Shown: piece after piece, positions 7,737 through 16,614 of the stretch
How the letters are laid out: every line of letters begins with the position of its first letter
Position numbering within the stretch: position 1 is the stretch's first letter
Origin: Candidatus Saccharimonadota bacterium
GTDB lineage: Bacteria; Patescibacteriota; Patescibacteriia; 2-12-FULL-60-25
Direction of reading: 5' to 3'
DNA length: 32,000 bases
Assembly (NCBI GenBank): GCA_963718585.1
Contig: OY970357.1
Coordinates: forward strand, 330,001-362,000
Program-made: the position numbers and the translations under genes
Notes under the pieces: generated by a model
What the model was told of the DNA's origin: nothing
Database searches by the model: none
The model's input: only the letters and a program-made list of their open reading frames with translations

Positions 7737-10700
7737 ATGAGCGATCTTCTCGAAGGACTGAACGATGCCCAGCGGACCGCCGTCGAACATGGCGACGGGC
7801 CGTTGCTCATCGTGGCGGGCGCCGGGACCGGGAAGACGACCGTGCTCACGCGTCGGTATGTGCGGTTGCTCACGACGCCGGCGGATGAGGGATCGTCTCC
7901 GCTGACAGCGGAGAACATCCTGGCGGTCACGTTCACGGAAAAGGCGGCCGGAGAGATGGAAGACCGGATCCTGCAGATGCTCCCGACCGGAACGTATGAT
8001 TTTTGGATCTCGACCTTCCATGGGTTCTGTCAGCGTCTCCTCGAGCAGTACGCACTCGAGATCGGTCTGCCCACGCATTTTCGTCTTTTGACCGAGACGG
8101 ATGGCTGGCTCCTGCTCAAGCGGCGGATCGAAGAGTTGCCGCTCGATCACTATCGCCCGCTGGGCAATCCGGTAAAGTTCCTCGCCGGCCTCCTCAAACA
8201 TTTTTCCCGCGCCAAAGACGAAGGCATCACGCCGGAACGGTATCTGGAATTCGCGGAGCAGGCGGTGCTCGACGGGGATGCGGATCCCGGGTCGGGGCCC
8301 GGGGCAGGATTCGTCACCGGCGAACGGGCGAGGTTGAAAGAACTCGCGGACTGTTATTTTGCATATCAGCGGATCCTGCGTGAGGAGGGAGCGCTCGACT
8401 TTGGCGATCTCATCTTGGAGACGCTCCGACTTTTGAGAGAACGACCGCACGTATTGAAAGAGCTGCGGACGCGATTCCGGTACATCCTTGTCGATGAATT
8501 CCAAGATACGAATTGGGCACAGTACGAGCTCATCAAGTTGTTGGCAGGGGAGCGACAGGCTCTGACCGTGGTGGGTGATGACGACCAATCCATCTATAAG
8601 TTCCGCGGCGCGTCGCTCGCGAATATCCTGCAGTTCCGTGATGACTTCCCAACGGCGAAGACCGTGATGCTGACGCAGAACTATCGGTCACGGCAGGAGA
8701 TCCTCGATGCGGCATACACCTCCATCACCAAGAACGATCCGAATCGCCTCGAAGTCCGGTTAAAGGACACAGGGCTCGTGAAGAAGCTTGACAGCGTCAG
8801 CGGTCCGGGTGGGTTTGTTGATGTGCAGTGGTATCAGACATTGGAAGATGAGGCGGATGGCGTCGCGCAGCGGATCCGCGATCTGAAGCAGGAAGAACCG
8901 GATCTCCGTTGGAGTGATATCGCGATCCTTTCGCGTTCCAACGACGGAGCAGAGCCGTTCGTCCGGGCGTTGGAGCGGCATGGGATCCCGTTCCGTTTCT
9001 ATGCGTTGCGCGGGCTGTACGCCAAACCAGTGGTCGTGGATCTGGCGGCGCTATTCTCGTTGTGTGACGGTCATCGCGAATCGAGTGCGGTCTGGCGCGT
9101 CATGGCATCGCGGACCTATGACTTCGGACATCGGGACCTCGCGGCGGTCATCGCGTATGCGACGCGTAAGGCCGGCAATTCCATGTGGGCCGCACTTGAG
9201 CAAGGACGGGTGATCGCTGATCTGTCAGAAGAAGGGAAAAAACGCGCAGACCGGCTCGTCACGCACGTCCGGAATCTGTCCGAGGCCGCGAAACGCGAGA
9301 CGCCACTGCGGATGCTGCACCTCGCGCTTGAAAAGACGGGATACCTCGGCGAAGTGATGAAGCTTCCCGAGCAGGAGAAGATCGACGAGATCAACGTCCT
9401 CAATGGGTTCGCGGATCGGATCCGGCGGTATGAGCTGTCCGCGAATGCGCCGACGTTGAGTGGGTTCATGGAAGAGTTCCGTCTGGAGATCGAAAGCGGG
9501 GAAGAGGGGCCGCTCAACGCGGATCCGAGCGAAGGGCCGGAGTTGGTGAAGGTGCTCACCGTGCATGCATCAAAGGGACTCGAATTCCGACACGTCTTCG
9601 TGGTCTCGATGGTGGACCAGCGGTTCCCGACGCGTCAGCGGCACGACGCCATCCCGTTGCCGGATGGGCTCGTGAATGAGCGACTGAACGAGGGGAATGC
9701 GCATATGGAGGAAGAGCGTCGTCTCTTCTACGTCGCGATGACGCGCGCCAAACAGACGCTCACGCTCACCGGCGCGGAGTCCTATGGTGGTACGCGAAAA
9801 AAGAAGCCCTCCGTCTTCCTGGGCGAGACCGGATTCGACGTCTCGCATTTGGAAGCGCGGGCAGGTTCGGATCTTTTGGCTTTGGCGCCACCGGAGCCGA
9901 TCACGATGGAAGAGCTCTTGGCCGAGCGGGAGGCATTCCCGTTGAAGCGCCGTTTCTCGTTCACGCAACTGGCCGCATTCCGGAATTGTCCGCTTCAATA
10001 CAAGTTTGCGCACGTGTACAAGATCCCGATCCTGGGGTCTTACCAGAAGAGCTTCGGACAATGCATCCATCTGACCTTTCAAGACATCCTGAACCTCCAT
10101 CTTGAACGCGGAAAGGCGCAGCAGGGGAGTCTCTTCGTCGCTCCAACGGTGCCGCCGCCGATCAGCGGATTCCGCGTGACGATGGACGAGGCGCTCAAGA
10201 TCTATGAACAGCGCTGGGGTGAGCACGATGATTGGTATGAGACGAAGGGACGATATGAGGAGTACCACGCACACGGCAAGCAAGCTGTGAAGCTCGCGAT
10301 GGAGTCGTGGCATGCCGAATCGCCGAACGTCGCGTTCCTCGAACGCCCATTCGATTGGAACTTGGGAGAACATTCGTTGCGCGGAAAGGTGGACCGTATG
10401 GACCTGCGTCCGGATGGGTCGTACGCGGTCATCGACTATAAGACCGGGCGCGCAAAGACCGAGGAGACGATCCGGACCGAAGACAAGGAGCAGCTCTGGA
10501 TCTATCAGATGGCCATGGAGGATATGGGCGCGTCGGTCACGAAGCTGTCGTATGTCTATGTCCTGACCGGAGAGACGGTCGACGTCGACCTCCTTCAAGG
10601 GGATAAGCGTGATGCGTTCCGTGAGGAGGTCGTGCGCCGGATGAAGGAGATCTTGCTTTCAAGATTCCAGCCGACCCCGTCGCCGTATATCTGCACGTAC

Positions 10701-10739
10701 TGCGATTTCAAGGATGTCTGTGAGTTTCGTCGTTTATGA
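7737..10739 (+). CDS. UvrD/PcrA-type superfamily 1 helicase fused to a C-terminal PD-(D/E)XK (Cas4/AddB-like) Fe-S nuclease domain
   Basis: Helicase motifs: AGAGTGKT, VDEFQDTN, TQNYRS, VHASKGLEF, YVAMTRAK. C-terminal nuclease: FRNCPLQYKF, DRMD...VIDYKTG, QLWIYQ, and the terminal CTYCDFKDVC (C...CxxCx5C cluster). Start moved to the ATG at 7737 (MSDLLEGLNDAQ) because the ORF-track start at 7677 lies inside the upstream terminator. Confidence 0.9.
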   Translation: MSDLLEGLNDAQRTAVEHGDGPLLIVAGAGTGKTTVLTRRYVRLLTTPADEGSSPLTAENILAVTFTEKAAGEMEDRILQMLPTGTYDFWISTFHGFCQRLLEQYALEIGLPTHFRLLTETDGWLLLKRRIEELPLDHYRPLGNPVKFLAGLLKHFSRAKDEGITPERYLEFAEQAVLDGDADPGSGPGAGFVTGERARLKELADCYFAYQRILREEGALDFGDLILETLRLLRERPHVLKELRTRFRYILVDEFQDTNWAQYELIKLLAGERQALTVVGDDDQSIYKFRGASLANILQFRDDFPTAKTVMLTQNYRSRQEILDAAYTSITKNDPNRLEVRLKDTGLVKKLDSVSGPGGFVDVQWYQTLEDEADGVAQRIRDLKQEEPDLRWSDIAILSRSNDGAEPFVRALERHGIPFRFYALRGLYAKPVVVDLAALFSLCDGHRESSAVWRVMASRTYDFGHRDLAAVIAYATRKAGNSMWAALEQGRVIADLSEEGKKRADRLVTHVRNLSEAAKRETPLRMLHLALEKTGYLGEVMKLPEQEKIDEINVLNGFADRIRRYELSANAPTLSGFMEEFRLEIESGEEGPLNADPSEGPELVKVLTVHASKGLEFRHVFVVSMVDQRFPTRQRHDAIPLPDGLVNERLNEGNAHMEEERRLFYVAMTRAKQTLTLTGAESYGGTRKKKPSVFLGETGFDVSHLEARAGSDLLALAPPEPITMEELLAEREAFPLKRRFSFTQLAAFRNCPLQYKFAHVYKIPILGSYQKSFGQCIHLTFQDILNLHLERGKAQQGSLFVAPTVPPPISGFRVTMDEALKIYEQRWGEHDDWYETKGRYEEYHAHGKQAVKLAMESWHAESPNVAFLERPFDWNLGEHSLRGKVDRMDLRPDGSYAVIDYKTGRAKTEETIRTEDKEQLWIYQMAMEDMGASVTKLSYVYVLTGETVDVDLLQGDKRDAFREEVVRRMKEILLSRFQPTPSPYICTYCDFKDVCEFRRL

Positions 10740-10745
10740 TCCGGT

Positions 10746-11051
10746 ATGCCATTTGAACCCCTGCGCAAGATCGTCGCACGATCCATCGTCGCTCCCGGTC
10801 GCAATCGGGATCTCCTCATCGCACGTGTTTTTGCGGCGGGGGCAGACGTGGTCACGCGCGTATGGGGTGAAGAGCGTGCCGTGTACGTCGCGCCGCGATC
10901 ATTCAAGGATGGTGTCTTGAAATGGGATGTTCGTTCACCTGCGGCAGCGCAACAGTTGCGCATCGATGCTCCGAAGTTGAAGAACGAGATCAATCGTCAG
11001 CTTGGCTCTGCGCTCGTCAAAGAGATCAGGATACAGACGGTCGGCTTTTGA
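10746..11051 (+). CDS. DUF721 / DciA-like protein
   Basis: 101 aa, starting 6 nt after the helicase-nuclease stop. The pattern VAPRSFKDGVLKWDVRSPAAAQQLRIDAPKLKNEINRQLGSALVKEIRIQ resembles the DUF721 core (strand, then AWAQEL-type helix, then LG..V..I). Assignment from memory of the family profile. Confidence 0.55.
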   Translation: MPFEPLRKIVARSIVAPGRNRDLLIARVFAAGADVVTRVWGEERAVYVAPRSFKDGVLKWDVRSPAAAQQLRIDAPKLKNEINRQLGSALVKEIRIQTVGF

Positions 11052-11054
11052 CCG

Positions 11055-11063
11055 TGGTACAAT
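11055..11063 (+). promoter_or_regulatory. Extended -10 promoter element (TGgTACAAT), leaderless arrangement
   Basis: TGGTACAAT at 11055-11063. The ATG at 11070 is 6 nt downstream with no SD. Confidence 0.4.
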
Positions 11064-11069
11064 GTCCGC

Positions 11070-11459
11070 ATGTCATTCCGCGGATATCTCGTCTTAATGG
11101 GATTGAGTACGGTGATCGCTTGGCTCGGCTGGGTGATCGTGCTCTTCAACATCGATCCATTCGCATCCGGCGCCGTGGGCTTTGTCTTGTTCTATATCAC
11201 CTTGTGGGCAGGTCTGATCGGGACGCTGACCATCGCCGGTCTGTTATATCGGGTCTACGCCCTTCGTCGGGGCGATCTCGTGATCCGTGAAGTGCGGGTC
11301 TCATTCCGACACGCGCTCCTCCTTTCCCTCGTGTCGATCATCGCATTGATCCTTTCTGCGCAAGGCTGGTTTTCATGGTGGGTACTCGTTGTACTCATTG
11401 TAGTTGCCGGAGTGATCGAATACATTTCCCTCGTGGTCCAGCAATCCCGACGCGGATAG
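11070..11459 (+). CDS. Small integral membrane protein (about 4 TM), hypothetical
   Basis: 129 aa and almost entirely hydrophobic helices (LVLMGLSTVIAWLGWVIVLF, VGFVLFYITLWAGLIGTLTIAGLL, LLLSLVSIIALILS, WWVLVVLIVVAGVIEYISLVV). Confidence 0.7.
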   Translation: MSFRGYLVLMGLSTVIAWLGWVIVLFNIDPFASGAVGFVLFYITLWAGLIGTLTIAGLLYRVYALRRGDLVIREVRVSFRHALLLSLVSIIALILSAQGWFSWWVLVVLIVVAGVIEYISLVVQQSRRG

Positions 11460-11472
11460 GGGTGTTTTCCTC

Positions 11473-11502
11473 TTGCGGGAACCACGTCTTCCTGCGTAAG
11501 AT
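11473..11502 (+). promoter_or_regulatory. Candidate promoter for the mre operon (TTGCGG-18-TAAGAT)
   Basis: TTGCGG at 11473-11478, 18-nt spacer, TAAGAT at 11497-11502. The ATG at 11512 is 9 nt downstream with no SD. Confidence 0.3.
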
Positions 11503-11511
11503 GGCAGCGAT

Positions 11512-12558
11512 ATGTTGCCATCCATGTTCGGACGTTTTTCCAAGGATCTCGGGATCGATCTCGGGACGGCGAATACGCTGGTCTCTGTGAAGGGACGAGG
11601 CGTTGTCATCCAGGAACCGTCGGTCGTCGCCGTGAATATGCGCAACGGACAGATCCTGGCCGTGGGAGAAGAAGCGCGGAACATGATCGGAAAGACACCG
11701 GCGCACATCCAGGTGACGCGTCCGCTCCAGCGAGGGATCATCGCGGACTTTGAAGTGACCGAAAAGATGTTGCGATACTTCATCGACAAGATCAATCGGG
11801 ATCAGACCGTATTCGTTCCGCGTCCGCGCGTCGTGATCGGCGTGCCGCTCGATGTGACCGAGGTGGAGCGGAAGGCCGTTGGCGATGCCGTGATCTCCGC
11901 AGGTGCGCGGGAGGTCTTCATCGTCGAGGAACCGATCGCCGCCGCCGTCGGGATCGGCCTGCCGATCTCCGAACCGATCGGGAACATGATCGTCGACTTC
12001 GGTGGCGGGACCACGGAGATCGCGGTGATCTCGTTGAACGGTGTCGTGACGGCCAAATCCATTCCGATCGCCGGAGACGAATTGAATAAGAACATCATCC
12101 AGTACGCCCGTGATGTGTTCAACGTCCTGGTCGGGGAACGCGTGGCTGAAGAGGTGAAGATCGCTGCCGGTTCCGCGGTCCCGCTTGAAGAGAAGATCGA
12201 GGTCCCGCTCCGCGGGCGCGATCTGCTTTCCGGTCTGCCGCGGGAGATCATGGTGAATGATCAGCAGGTCCGGGAGGCGATCTCCCGTTCCGTGAAGGCG
12301 GTCATCGAGCACATCAAGTCGATCCTGGAGATCACACCGCCGGAACTGGTCGCGGATATCTATCGGCGTGGGATCGTTCTGACCGGCGGCGGGGCTTTGT
12401 TGCGTGGGCTCGATCGGGCCATCACCGATGGGACGGGTCTGCCGGTCCGTCTGGCGGATGATCCGTTGACGGCGGTGGTCCGCGGCGCCGGTGCCTTACT
12501 TGAACAGGTCCATCTTTTGCAGGATGTGGCATTGCCATCAGCGGATCGCATGGCCTGA
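11512..12558 (+). CDS. mreB: Rod shape-determining actin homolog MreB
   Basis: FSKDLGIDLGTANTLV, VAVNMRNGQILAVGEEA, IGVPLDVTEVERKAV, DFGGGTTEIAVISL, GIVLTGGGALLRGLD. The ATG at 11524 is an alternative start. Confidence 0.95.
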   Translation: MLPSMFGRFSKDLGIDLGTANTLVSVKGRGVVIQEPSVVAVNMRNGQILAVGEEARNMIGKTPAHIQVTRPLQRGIIADFEVTEKMLRYFIDKINRDQTVFVPRPRVVIGVPLDVTEVERKAVGDAVISAGAREVFIVEEPIAAAVGIGLPISEPIGNMIVDFGGGTTEIAVISLNGVVTAKSIPIAGDELNKNIIQYARDVFNVLVGERVAEEVKIAAGSAVPLEEKIEVPLRGRDLLSGLPREIMVNDQQVREAISRSVKAVIEHIKSILEITPPELVADIYRRGIVLTGGGALLRGLDRAITDGTGLPVRLADDPLTAVVRGAGALLEQVHLLQDVALPSADRMA

Positions 12559-12580
12559 CACGGCGTGAGGAGGCGCGCCT

Positions 12581-13405
12581 ATGATCCGAAGACCCCATCG
12601 AGCTTTGATCGCCATCGGCGTCGCCGTCTTGGCCATTTTGTTACATCTTGTCGGGATCCTTCGGCCGCTTGAAGACGGGGTCCGATGGACCCTTGAACCC
12701 GCCGCGCGGGCGCTGGCGTATTTCGGGATCAAGACCGGCTCCCAGACCCGATCGGCTCCGGATGCGTCCACGTTGCAGGCGCAGGTCGCAGACCTTCAGG
12801 CGCGTTTGAGTACGATGAGCGTGGATTACGTCAAACTCAAGGCTTTGGAAGAAGAGAATCGATCTCTCAAAGAGACGGCGAAGTTCCTGACCGATTCCGG
12901 ATATGACCACGTCGGTGCGCGCATCATCGCCCGCAGTGCGGATCCGCAGAACGCGACCGTCCTGATCGATCGAGGGGCTGCGGATGGTTTAGAGACCGGG
13001 ATGGCGGTCATCGTCAACGATGGCGTCTTCGTGGGGAAGATCAGCGCGCTGGAAGAGCATGTTGCGACCGTCATGCTCGTCTCGGATCGTCGGAGTCGCA
13101 TCGCGGTCTCGCCGGCCGGGGAGCACCGTCTCTTCGGCATGGTGGAAGGGGAGGGGAATGGGGTCGCGAAGTTGACGCTCGTCCCGCAAAACGAACCGCT
13201 TGCGCCGGATGACATCATCACTACGGCCGGGACCGAAGAGAAGATCCCGCCGAACCTCGCCATCGGATTCGTGAACACCATCGAAGGGACCCAGACGGAT
13301 CCATTCAAGACCGCGACCCTCGAACCGCTGATCCAGCCGGATCGGCTCGATCTCGTCGTCGTCCTGCGACCGGACGCCTTACGTCCGACGCCATCAGCAC
13401 AATGA
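12581..13405 (+). CDS. mreC: Rod shape-determining protein MreC
   Basis: SD GAGGAGG (12567-12573). N-terminal TM, a coiled-coil (LQAQVADLQARL...LKALEEENRSLKE), then beta-rich domains (ATVLIDRGAADGLETGMAVIV, VGKISALEEHVATVMLVSD). Sits directly after mreB. Confidence 0.85.
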   Translation: MIRRPHRALIAIGVAVLAILLHLVGILRPLEDGVRWTLEPAARALAYFGIKTGSQTRSAPDASTLQAQVADLQARLSTMSVDYVKLKALEEENRSLKETAKFLTDSGYDHVGARIIARSADPQNATVLIDRGAADGLETGMAVIVNDGVFVGKISALEEHVATVMLVSDRRSRIAVSPAGEHRLFGMVEGEGNGVAKLTLVPQNEPLAPDDIITTAGTEEKIPPNLAIGFVNTIEGTQTDPFKTATLEPLIQPDRLDLVVVLRPDALRPTPSAQ

Positions 13406-13935
13406 GCATCAAAGGGATCGTGACCGCAGCGGTCATCGGACTCCTCGTCGGCTTGGTCGAGGCGACATTTTCGACGTTCTTGACCGTTCCGTGGGATGCG
13501 GTGATGCCGGTCCTGCCGATCGCGGTCTTGTACGTCGTCCGTGACCGTCCCGTCTTTGCGTATGTCCTGTGCGGATGCGCAGGCGCCATGATGGATCTCT
13601 TCACGCCGGGGATCATGACCTTCGCATTCGGACGGTTGATCCTCATCGTCGCCATTTTGGACCTCTTGTCGCGGACCGTGCTGACCAATCAATCGTTCTA
13701 TGCGGCGGTCGCCATGGCCGCAGTCGCGCGTGGCGTGGATCGGATCTGGGTAGGGATCATGTCGCTGTTGACCGATGCAACGGGGATCCGCGCCACCGTC
13801 GCGGCGATGTGGCCTATGGTCTGGCGATCGGTCCTGTGGGACATGATGCTCGTCGGGCTCGCTTTTCTCATCAGTTCTTCTATCCGCCGTCGCTTCGTGA
13901 TCCGGCCGCAGACCGCGACAAAGAGATATGGGTGA
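13402..13935 (+). CDS. mreD: Probable MreD (multi-TM protein following mreC)
   Basis: ATGA overlap with the mreC stop. 177 aa and polytopic. Assigned mainly from the mreB-mreC-X-mrdA position. Confidence 0.55.
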   Translation: MSIKGIVTAAVIGLLVGLVEATFSTFLTVPWDAVMPVLPIAVLYVVRDRPVFAYVLCGCAGAMMDLFTPGIMTFAFGRLILIVAILDLLSRTVLTNQSFYAAVAMAAVARGVDRIWVGIMSLLTDATGIRATVAAMWPMVWRSVLWDMMLVGLAFLISSSIRRRFVIRPQTATKRYG

Positions 13936-15914
13936 GCGACCGTCGCGTCATGATCCGTTCCCGTGGACTTCCGGCGGGATCGGTCTGCAGCTTGAAAAGC
14001 GCATCCAAGCTGAGATGTCGCACGAGGTCCTGTTCGAGGACGAATTCACGCATCTCAAAGATGCGCCGATGTTCCTTGGTGCGGCCCTTCCGCATTCGCG
14101 CTTCTTTTTCGCCATCGGCGCGGCGTTGCTTATCGTGGGCATCCTGTTGGGGCGCGCCTTTTGGATGCAGGTGGTCCAGGGGAACTCCTATGGCGCGCTT
14201 GCGGACAATAATCGCCTGCGTCACGAGGTCATCACCCCAAAGCGCGGCGTCATCCGCGATCGGAACGGCTCGGTCCTGGCAGAGAATGTCCCGTCGTTCG
14301 ATCTCCAGGTCGTTCCATGGCTGTTGCCGGTCGATACGGTGACGCGGGAGGACCTACTGGCGCGCGTGGGACGGGAGGCAGGGATGTCCCTTGATACGAT
14401 CGACGCGGAGATCGCCGATGCCTCAGCCCCGACCGAGAGTCTGACGTTGATGCGTGATCTTCCGTATGACCGTGCAGTCTCGTTGGAGATCTTCCTGGGC
14501 GAAGACCCGGCGATCCATGTCGTGAGCGGGAGTAAGCGCTTATATCCGGAATCTCATGACACGACCAGTCTGTCGCATATCCTTGGATATGTCGGTTCGA
14601 TCTCACCGACCCAGCTCGCCGCCCGCGAGAACGAGGGGTATCGGCAGGTGGATCTCATCGGGAAGACCGGCATCGAAGCCTCGTATGAATCCGTGCTTCG
14701 CGGTACTCCCGGCGAGAGGGTGTCCGAGGTCGATGCACATAATCGCGTGACTTCGGTCGTGCGGGATACGCCGTCCGTGGATGGAAAGGACGTGTATCTC
14801 ACGCTTGATCTGAATATCCAGAAGGCGGCGGAAGCGGCGCTTGCGGATGAATTGAAGAAGATCCATCTGACGCGCGGAGTCGGTCGTGGCCATGGACCCG
14901 CGGGATGGTTCCATCCTCGCCCTCGTCTCCCTCCCGGCGTACGACGATAACCTGTTCTCTGGAACGGTCTCGTCTACGGAATATCAAAAGCTCGTCCAGG
15001 ATCCGGACCATCCGTTGTTGCCGCGGGCATGGGCAGGGGTCTATCCGTCCGGTTCCACGGTGAAGCCGACGATCGCCGTCGCAGCGTTGTCCGAAGGGAT
15101 CATCACCCCGCAGACGACCGTGAATTCGGTCGGGGGGCTCCGGATCGGATCGACGTTCTTTCCGGACTGGAAGGCGGGTGGTCATGGGATCACGAACGTG
15201 CGCAAGGCGATCGCCTTATCTGTGAATACGTTCTTCTATTACGTCGGGGGCGGGTATGAATCGTTCATCGGATTAGGCGTGGATCGCCTGACATCGTGGA
15301 TGCGGAAGTTCGGTCTGGGTCGCCAAAGCGGGATCGATGTTCCCGGGGAAGCGTCTGGCTTCGTCCCGTCAAAAGAATGGAAGGAAAAGACGAAGGGCGA
15401 GCGATGGTATACGGGAGACACGTACAACCTTTCCATCGGACAAGGGGATCTGCTCGTGACGCCGGTCCAAGTGGCACTGTGGACCGCCGAGGTCGCGAAC
15501 GGAGGTTGGCGGGTCATTCCACATTTCGGGTGGTATGAAGGTGCACAGGCCGACGGAACGCTCCTTGCGACCTCGACACATGTAGGAGATCAGATCGCCG
15601 CACCGGATGTGATGAAGACCGTGGAACTCGGGATGCGAGATACGGTGACGTATGGTTCCGGGCGTGCGTTGGTGAATTTTCCGGTCGCGGTGGCCGGCAA
15701 GACCGGTACGGCACAATGGCGGAACGACAAACCGAACCACGCATGGTTTACCGCGTATGCGCCGTTCGACGATCCGCAGATCGTGGTGACCGTCCTGCTG
15801 GAAGAAGGGGGAGAAGGGTCCTCTGTTGCGGTCCCGGTCGCCCAAAAAGTCCTCCAGGCTTGGTATCAAGAGACGCAGACCTCATCAACGCCCGCGATGA
15901 CCCCGACGCCCTGA
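13928..15914 (+). pseudogene. mrdA: Penicillin-binding protein 2 (MrdA, elongasome transpeptidase) interrupted by a 1-nt frameshift near 14879-14886
   Basis: ORF 13928-14950 carries the TM and pedestal region (LGRAFWMQVVQGNSY..., RGVIRDRNGSVLAEN, LGYVG). ORF 14886-15914 carries the transpeptidase domain with SGSTVKP (SxxK), SVN (SxN) and KTGTA (KTG). The family junction ...HLTRG-VVAMDPRDGSILALVS... is split between frames at GGAGTCGGTCGTGGCCATGGAC. Confidence 0.85.
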
Positions 15915-15942
15915 TCGGCCTTCGAACAGGGGTGTCCTCGTC

Positions 15943-15971
15943 TTGACGAGGACCTTGGCGTCCCGTAACAT
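15943..15971 (+). promoter_or_regulatory. Sigma70-like promoter for greA (TTGACG-17-TAACAT)
   Basis: TTGACG at 15943-15948, 17-nt spacer, TAACAT at 15966-15971. The -35 is embedded in a 7-bp hairpin (GTCCTCG 15934-15940 / CGAGGAC 15947-15953). Confidence 0.4.
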
Positions 15972-16029
15972 CTTGGCGTAAAGTAAAAGCGCGCTGAGGC
16001 AACGAGGCGCGTGTTTCATTCGATCAATT

Positions 16030-16494
16030 ATGACAGACAAGCTCACGTATCTCACCCCGGAAGGCCTTGCGAAGATCAAGGAAGAATTGACGTATCTGAA
16101 GACCAAGCGAAGCCGCGAGCTCGCAGATCGGATCGACGCGGCCAAGGCATTGGGGGATCTTTCGGAGAACGCGGAATATCATGAAGCGAAGGACGCACTC
16201 GGTATGGTCATGGGCCGGGTCCGCGAGATCGAGGAGATGCTCAAGAATGTTTCCGTCATCGAGCCGGGTGGAGGTGGCGAGACGGTCGAGGTCGGTACGA
16301 CGGTGACGGTGGAGGTGAATGGGAAGTCACGCGAGTACACGATCGTGGGATCCAGCGAAGCGGATCCGATCGCCGGACGGATCTCCAACGAGTCTCCGAT
16401 CGGCCAAGCCTTCATGGGACATAAGGTCGGGGATTCGGTCTCTGTCGAGACCCCGGCGGGGAACGTCGTCTACGCCATAAAGAAGATCGCCTAA
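16030..16494 (+). CDS. greA: Transcription elongation factor GreA
   Basis: LTPEGLAKIKEELTYLK...RIDAAKALGDLSENAEYHEAKD (coiled-coil finger with acidic tip), and a C-terminal globular domain ending ISNESPIGQAFMGHKVGDSVSVETPAG. Confidence 0.95.
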   Translation: MTDKLTYLTPEGLAKIKEELTYLKTKRSRELADRIDAAKALGDLSENAEYHEAKDALGMVMGRVREIEEMLKNVSVIEPGGGGETVEVGTTVTVEVNGKSREYTIVGSSEADPIAGRISNESPIGQAFMGHKVGDSVSVETPAGNVVYAIKKIA

Positions 16495-16504
16495 GGCAGA
16501 TCAC

Positions 16505-16532
16505 AAAGAAGGGGTCGTGCCCCTTCTTTTTT
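16505..16532 (+). terminator. Rho-independent terminator after greA
   Basis: GAAGGGG (16508-16514), loop TCGTG, CCCCTTC (16520-16526), then TTTTTT (16527-16532). Confidence 0.8.
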
Positions 16533-16572
16533 GTATCCGGTCAGATGTCGTGTCGCTCTTGACGGCATCCGA

Positions 16573-16601
16573 TTGACGCTCCGGGACCGCTTCGGTACTC
16601 T
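16573..16601 (+). promoter_or_regulatory. Sigma70-like promoter for lysS (TTGACG-17-TACTCT)
   Basis: TTGACG at 16573-16578 (a second TTGACG lies at 16559-16564), 17-nt spacer, TACTCT at 16596-16601. The ATG at 16615 is 13 nt downstream, so the leader is very short. Confidence 0.4.
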
Positions 16602-16614
16602 CGCACGAGACGTT

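Noticed and set aside
14860-14950. Programmed ribosomal frameshift in mrdA.
   Set aside because: There is no slippery heptamer (X XXY YYZ) and no downstream stimulatory structure at the junction. A simple 1-nt insertion in a GTCG-GTCG context explains it, so an indel (real or artefactual) is the simpler explanation.
5293-16614. ORF-track N-terminal extensions: the TTG at 5293, the start at 7677 inside a terminator, and the start at 16531 overlapping the greA terminator.
   Set aside because: Internal ATGs with better context (SD or promoter spacing, and agreement with family N-termini) exist at 5356, 7737 and 16615. The extensions would read through terminator hairpins.
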